From Calditrichales bacterium (lineage in GTDB: Bacteria; Calditrichota; Calditrichia; Calditrichales; J004), in contig OZ254086.1 in NCBI GenBank assembly GCA_965267575.1, positions 4,640,001-4,704,000 of the forward strand: DNA of 64,000 nt, given 5' to 3'. Positions 59,264 through 64,000 of this stretch are shown here, in pieces. Both the position numbers and the translations under genes were made by a program. Each line of letters opens with the position of its first letter. Positions within the stretch are counted from its first letter, which is position 1. A model generated the notes under the pieces. The model was given only the letters and a program-made list of their open reading frames with translations. It was not told the origin of the DNA and ran no database searches.

Positions 59264-60241
59264 TTATTGACGCAGAAACCAGCGCACCAGGTCAACATTG
59301 TCCACAATACTCCAGGTGTGCGGCGACGCGTTTTCTTCATATCCGGTGCGGCGGGCGTGGGTGGTCACCAGTTCGGCATGCTCATTGCCCAGCAGCTTTA
59401 GCGTGTTAATTAGCGCGGCCATATCCAGCGAATTCATCTGGTAGTAGCTCTTACGGCGATTCTCGATCCACCAGTTAATGTCAGGCTCATGGTAGGCACG
59501 GATTGGCAGGTCGCTAAGCCAGACGGCGTTTCCGCCCTTTTCCGCGGTATGGGAATAAGGTGAATATTTTTGATAGGCGGCGATGCTTTCAAGGGGTGTA
59601 CCGCCCAAATTTTCCTCCAGCATATAACTTACCCAGCGCCCCTCCCCGGCAGCGGCAGGATGGAAGTCATCAGCAATGGCGCGCTGCTCGGCATACCAGA
59701 AACGTTCCATATCCAAAGGCGCATCCACAATGGCCACAGCCCGCAGATTCAGGTCAAAAACGTCTTCATACTTGTTGATGTGAATGGCCATTTTCAGGGC
59801 ACGTGTACCGGCCAGAGACAATCCCGCCAGGAAAAGCGGCTTGTCCGACCAGCCTTTTTCCACCAACAGCTTCTCTACACGGCGGCAAACGCTTTCGGTT
59901 ACACTGTCACTAAAGAAAAAATCCAGCGGGTTGCCCGTGGTGACGCGCAAAATGGCCAGCCGCTCATGCAATGCGATTTGCTCAAAACTGCCGGGCGCGA
60001 TTGTATCGGTTTTAACGCGCCAGCCGTCGGGCAGCACCACCACCCCGTTCATGGCGCCGGCAGCCGGAATGATCCAGGTATGACCGCTGTCGGTCTTTGC
60101 AATGGTTTGCGATTGTTCCGGACCAATACGCAGCTCGCCTTCCACGGGAGCATAAGCCTCCGTAATAACCGGCATTAAATGCTGAGCAGCCGAAAAAGCA
60201 ATCGCCCCAAAAAGAAAAAATAAAACCGTGCGCAGGCACAT
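59264..60241 (-). CDS. Exported alpha/beta-hydrolase-like protein
   Basis: Signal peptide, AGLSLAG nucleophile-elbow-like motif, C-terminal PHTWSIVD His. Confidence 0.7.
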   Translation of the reverse strand: MCLRTVLFFLFGAIAFSAAQHLMPVITEAYAPVEGELRIGPEQSQTIAKTDSGHTWIIPAAGAMNGVVVLPDGWRVKTDTIAPGSFEQIALHERLAILRVTTGNPLDFFFSDSVTESVCRRVEKLLVEKGWSDKPLFLAGLSLAGTRALKMAIHINKYEDVFDLNLRAVAIVDAPLDMERFWYAEQRAIADDFHPAAAGEGRWVSYMLEENLGGTPLESIAAYQKYSPYSHTAEKGGNAVWLSDLPIRAYHEPDINWWIENRRKSYYQMNSLDMAALINTLKLLGNEHAELVTTHARRTGYEENASPHTWSIVDNVDLVRWFLRQ

Positions 60242-60391
60242 AACTCCCCCGTTTCTTTAAAAACAATCTAAACATAAGGCAAAAAACTTCATTTTGCTGT
60301 TGAACAATGAATTTCGAGGTGTTAAGTTAATGACATGTGTGTTATGTATAATTAACATTGGTATTACACCATCAACATGGAGCCTTGTACT

Positions 60392-61453
60392 ATGACCAAA
60401 TGGAGTTTATTACTGCTGCTGCTTTTCTCATCTGCTGCTTTAGCTCAGGATGATTTGTTTTTTGAACCGACCACTACGATTGGCGGTTACGGCGAATTGC
60501 ATTACAACGCTGTCACACCCGACGGCGGCGAAACCAATAAGACGCTCGATTTTCACAGGTTTGTTCTGTTTTATGGACACGCCTGGACAGAAAAGTGGAG
60601 CTTTAAGGCCGAAGTGGAACTGGAGCATAACTTTGTCCAGGATGGCCAGGGCGAGCTGGAACTGGAGCAGGCTTACGTGAATTATCATCATGCCGATTGG
60701 TTTGGTTTCCAGGCCGGTGTGGTTCTGCCTTCCGCCGGTTTACTGAATGAATATCACGAACCGCCTTTGTTCCTCTCCGTGGAGCGTCCCGACTACAATA
60801 AAAACATTATACCGACCACCTGGTTTGGCAACGGCGCTGCCGTTTACGGTAACTACAATAACTTTGATTATAAAGTGACCGTCATGGAAGGCATCGACGC
60901 TTTGGGTATCAGTGCGAGCAGCGGCTTCCGCGGCGGACGCATGAAAGGCTATAAGTCCAACGCCAACGAACTGCTCTATAATGCCCGCGTGGACTACCTC
61001 GGCATGCCCGGTTTGCGTGTCGGCGCTTCCTTCTCCACAACCACGGCAACCTCCGGAGACAGTATTTCCATTGGCATGAGCCTGGTGGAAGGCCACTTAA
61101 AATACGATGCCAATAATGTGATCGTTATTGCCGAATACGGCATGCTGAATTATGATAGCGGCGTTATCGAAAGCGGCATGGGCTACTATATTGATCTCGG
61201 TTACGATGTGGCTCCGCTGATTGACTGCAGCGGCCGGCTGATCCCCTTCTTCCGCTACACGGATTACAACGCCGGCGATGCCCGCCGCGACGGTTCCGAT
61301 CCGGCAGCGTCTCACATCAGCAAATGGCTGCTGGGCGTGAGTTATCTGCCGATCCCGCAGGTGGCATTTAAGGCCGACTACGGCGTGCAAACCGTGGAGC
61401 TGGGCAGCGCCGAAACCACGTTGTTCAATCTTGGCGTAGGATACATGTTCTAA
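60392..61453 (+). CDS. Outer membrane porin
   Basis: TTIGGYGELHYN, DFHRFVLF, ELEQAY, HEPPLF, IIPTTW, C-terminal GVGYMF. Confidence 0.85.
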   Translation: MTKWSLLLLLLFSSAALAQDDLFFEPTTTIGGYGELHYNAVTPDGGETNKTLDFHRFVLFYGHAWTEKWSFKAEVELEHNFVQDGQGELELEQAYVNYHHADWFGFQAGVVLPSAGLLNEYHEPPLFLSVERPDYNKNIIPTTWFGNGAAVYGNYNNFDYKVTVMEGIDALGISASSGFRGGRMKGYKSNANELLYNARVDYLGMPGLRVGASFSTTTATSGDSISIGMSLVEGHLKYDANNVIVIAEYGMLNYDSGVIESGMGYYIDLGYDVAPLIDCSGRLIPFFRYTDYNAGDARRDGSDPAASHISKWLLGVSYLPIPQVAFKADYGVQTVELGSAETTLFNLGVGYMF

Positions 61454-61455
61454 AT

Positions 61456-62001
61456 ATGCGTAAACCGCTAATCATTTTATGTGTCGTCTGGGCCGGTGCG
61501 GTTGCGCCGGCCTTTGGCGGCATTAAGGAAAACAGTGAACAGATTTTGAACAGCCGCTTTAACGGCGACGGCGCCCTGCACTTCTTTAAAATAGATTTGC
61601 CGGTTGCCGTACGCGACAGCGCCGAGCGGGCCGCGCGGCAACGCTTTTTTAGCGATTATGTTTACGCCTGGCGTGTGGACCGCGGCGACAGCACCTTTTA
61701 CGCCGTGCTGGACAATGTAAAAGGCAAATCATTACCGATTACTTTTATGGTTGTCTTTAACGGAGAAGGTAAAGTGGACCTGACGCGGGTGGTTAAGTAC
61801 CGCGAGCCCGTCGGTGGCGCCGTGGGCAACCTCAGCTGGCTGGAGCAGTTTATCGGCAAAAACGCCCTCTCCGGATACAGCGTCGGGTCGGATGTAGACG
61901 GTATCAGCGGCGCGACCATCTCCGTGCACGCCATGAGCAAGGGCATTCAAAAACTGACCCACATTTTTTCGTACCTGCAAACGGAGCTGGATAAACGTTG
62001 A
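61456..62001 (+). CDS. Exported FMN-binding (RnfG-like) protein
   Basis: GKSLPITF, YREPVGG, DGISGATIS flavinylation motif. Confidence 0.88.
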   Translation: MRKPLIILCVVWAGAVAPAFGGIKENSEQILNSRFNGDGALHFFKIDLPVAVRDSAERAARQRFFSDYVYAWRVDRGDSTFYAVLDNVKGKSLPITFMVVFNGEGKVDLTRVVKYREPVGGAVGNLSWLEQFIGKNALSGYSVGSDVDGISGATISVHAMSKGIQKLTHIFSYLQTELDKR

Positions 62002-62507
62002 GCGACTTTTCCCTGCACAGCATTCAACTATCAAAACTGGACAAAACCTTGCGGCACTTTCTGGCCGCTTTTCTTGTTTTAGTGACCATTGCCGTTTTGG
62101 TGGGTTTGATCTACGTGCAGCAAACATCGGGCACACGCGGCAGCACGGTAGTAGAACACATTGCCGGAGAACAGCAAAACGACCCGCTGGAAATACCGGA
62201 AAAGTACCCAAAGACATCCGGCGAACTACTGCTGACGACGCACAATCATCTGTTTGGTTTTTCTTTTATCTTTCTCACGGTTGGCTTTCTTTTTCTTTTC
62301 AACCGCACAATCGGCGGTGGCTGGAAGTATTTCCTGGCCGTTGAACCCTTTCTCTCCGTTTTGCTTACCTTTGGAGGTTTCTGGCTGATCCGCTACGTCT
62401 CCCCTCATTTTGTCTATCTTGTTTTTCCGGCAGCGGCGCTCACCTATGGCTGCTATTTTATCATGGTGGCTGTATTGCTGTATGAATTGCTTATTCAAAA
62501 AAGTTAA
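61998..62507 (+). CDS. Four-TM membrane protein with HxH motif
   Basis: LLLTTHNHLFG; overlaps upstream stop (TTGA). Confidence 0.75.
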   Translation: MSDFSLHSIQLSKLDKTLRHFLAAFLVLVTIAVLVGLIYVQQTSGTRGSTVVEHIAGEQQNDPLEIPEKYPKTSGELLLTTHNHLFGFSFIFLTVGFLFLFNRTIGGGWKYFLAVEPFLSVLLTFGGFWLIRYVSPHFVYLVFPAAALTYGCYFIMVAVLLYELLIQKS

Positions 62508-62564
62508 ATTGGAAAATTCAGCGGAATTTACTACCATTATGTGGTGCGTGATTTGAGGGGATAG

Positions 62565-63458
62565 ATGTATCGCGGTTATTTTGCCGCCCTTGCGGCGTAT
62601 GTATTCTGGGGCCTTTCTCCCATATACTGGAAACTCCTGGACAAGGTGCCGGCATTCGAGATTCTGAACCACCGGATCATCTGGTCCCTGCCTTTTCTGT
62701 TATTGCTTGTCGTTAGCAGCAAATACAGCCAGATCCGCAAAAAGATCAAAGCCAATCCGCGCAAGGTTCTTGTCTATGTGATCAGCGCGCTGCTGCTGGC
62801 GGTAAACTGGTTTACCTATGTGTGGGCGGTTAACAGCGGCTTTATCGTGGAAGCGAGCCTGGGCTATTTTATCAATCCGCTGGTAAATGTTTTTCTTGGA
62901 GTACTTTTATTAAAGGAGAGATTGCGCACAACGCAGGTTTTAGCCCTTGTTTTGGCGCTTGGCGGCGTTGGCTACCTGACGTTTAATTACGGACACTTCC
63001 CGTGGGTGGCGCTAACGCTGGCCTTTTCTTTTGGCCTGTACGGCCTTATCCGTAAAACCGGCATGCTCGACTCGCTGGAAGGCCTGACCACCGAAATGGC
63101 TATCCTGTTTTTGCCGGCCGTTATTATTCTTGGGGAAAAGGCCGCACATCATACGGCTGTGTTTATGCAGGAAGGCTGGCTGACCTTTTTTATGCTTTTT
63201 ATCACCGGTATCTTTACGGCCCTGCCGCTTATCTGGTTTGCATATGGTGCGCGACGGGTTACGCTTACAAGCATGGGCTTTATGCAGTACATCGCGCCCA
63301 CGCTGCAGTTTGTGCTGGGTGTTTTCATCTACCACGAAGAGTTTACCTTCAACCGCCTGATCGGCTTTAGCTTTATCTGGAGCGCTTTAATACTCTACTC
63401 CTTTGAAACGGTTTACGTGCTCAACCGCCGGCGCAATCAAAAATTAGGCAGCACCTGA
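62565..63458 (+). CDS. rarD: EamA-family transporter RarD
   Basis: WGLSPIYW, HRIIWS, EASLGYFINPLV, GFMQYIAPTLQF. Confidence 0.93.
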   Translation: MYRGYFAALAAYVFWGLSPIYWKLLDKVPAFEILNHRIIWSLPFLLLLVVSSKYSQIRKKIKANPRKVLVYVISALLLAVNWFTYVWAVNSGFIVEASLGYFINPLVNVFLGVLLLKERLRTTQVLALVLALGGVGYLTFNYGHFPWVALTLAFSFGLYGLIRKTGMLDSLEGLTTEMAILFLPAVIILGEKAAHHTAVFMQEGWLTFFMLFITGIFTALPLIWFAYGARRVTLTSMGFMQYIAPTLQFVLGVFIYHEEFTFNRLIGFSFIWSALILYSFETVYVLNRRRNQKLGST

Positions 63459-63470
63459 CCCGGCAAAATT

Positions 63471-63878
63471 TCAATCGTAATCCGGACGCTCTTCGGGTAT
63501 ATCGATGTAAATGCCCTTTTCAATGCCGATGCCGGGCAGGTCTTCACGGTAATAGCGGATGAGAATGAATGTGGTATCGCTGTCTGCAATTACAACCCGC
63601 GTCTCGCGCCGGTCATTTACTTCCACGGCCAGGTGATGCAGGCTTTGCGTACTTTCCAGCTCTATGATCTCGGCCAGGCTCCACACATCCAGGGTAACGG
63701 CAGGGCCGTAAAAAACAACGCGGTTATCCCACTCCACTCGTACGATCTCCCCATTAAAATCGCTTTGCAGGTGAAACTCCACCAATGTTTCCGGCGCTGC
63801 CGTATTATTGCTGTCGCTCGCTTGCTCGTCGCAGCCCAGCAACGCAAAAATCACGATTATCAGGAACAGCTTTTTCAT
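63471..63878 (-). CDS. Hypothetical lipoprotein
   Basis: MKK N-terminus, lipobox LLGC. Confidence 0.75.
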   Translation of the reverse strand: MKKLFLIIVIFALLGCDEQASDSNNTAAPETLVEFHLQSDFNGEIVRVEWDNRVVFYGPAVTLDVWSLAEIIELESTQSLHHLAVEVNDRRETRVVIADSDTTFILIRYYREDLPGIGIEKGIYIDIPEERPDYD

Positions 63879-64000
63879 AATGGTCCCTCCATTTTCTGCA
63901 CATATTTTAAAATCGCCAAAAGATAAATTCCAGAATATCTGCAGTCAGCAGAAAAAAATCCCCCTGCATTTCTCTTACAGAGGGATAGATACTAATTTGT

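Overview
64 kb of bacterial chromosome from a diderm organism. SusC/SusD, C-terminal YPNPFNP sorting domains, folB-folK-dNK synteny and intergenic 7-8 bp tandem repeats suggest the FCB group, Calditrichota/KSB1-like (inference). Housekeeping and signalling genes are interrupted by two accessory segments, each with a czcI-C-B-A-type heavy-metal RND efflux operon. The first lies downstream of tRNA-Leu(CAA) at 11382-11470. The second is an AT-rich 8.8 kb block that looks like one giant integron cassette: a well-formed attC at 31324-31420 whose inner end is the perfect 9-bp complement of an attI/attG-like junction at 40145-40169, with no intI in the window. The most striking system is at 46435-52460: ECF-like sigma factor, unknown helical protein, membrane anti-sigma-like protein with an LRG motif, two unannotated small membrane peptides and an exported TPR-CHAT caspase-like protease. 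Divergently transcribed from it is a circularly permuted Amidase_3-like gene, and a putative sRNA follows it. A TGAGA-N19-CTCT motif occurs four times in intergenic DNA (three times in this locus, once before an 1854-aa beta-helix protein) and is a candidate promoter for this sigma. All calls come from reading motifs by eye; no searches were run and GC statements are visual impressions.
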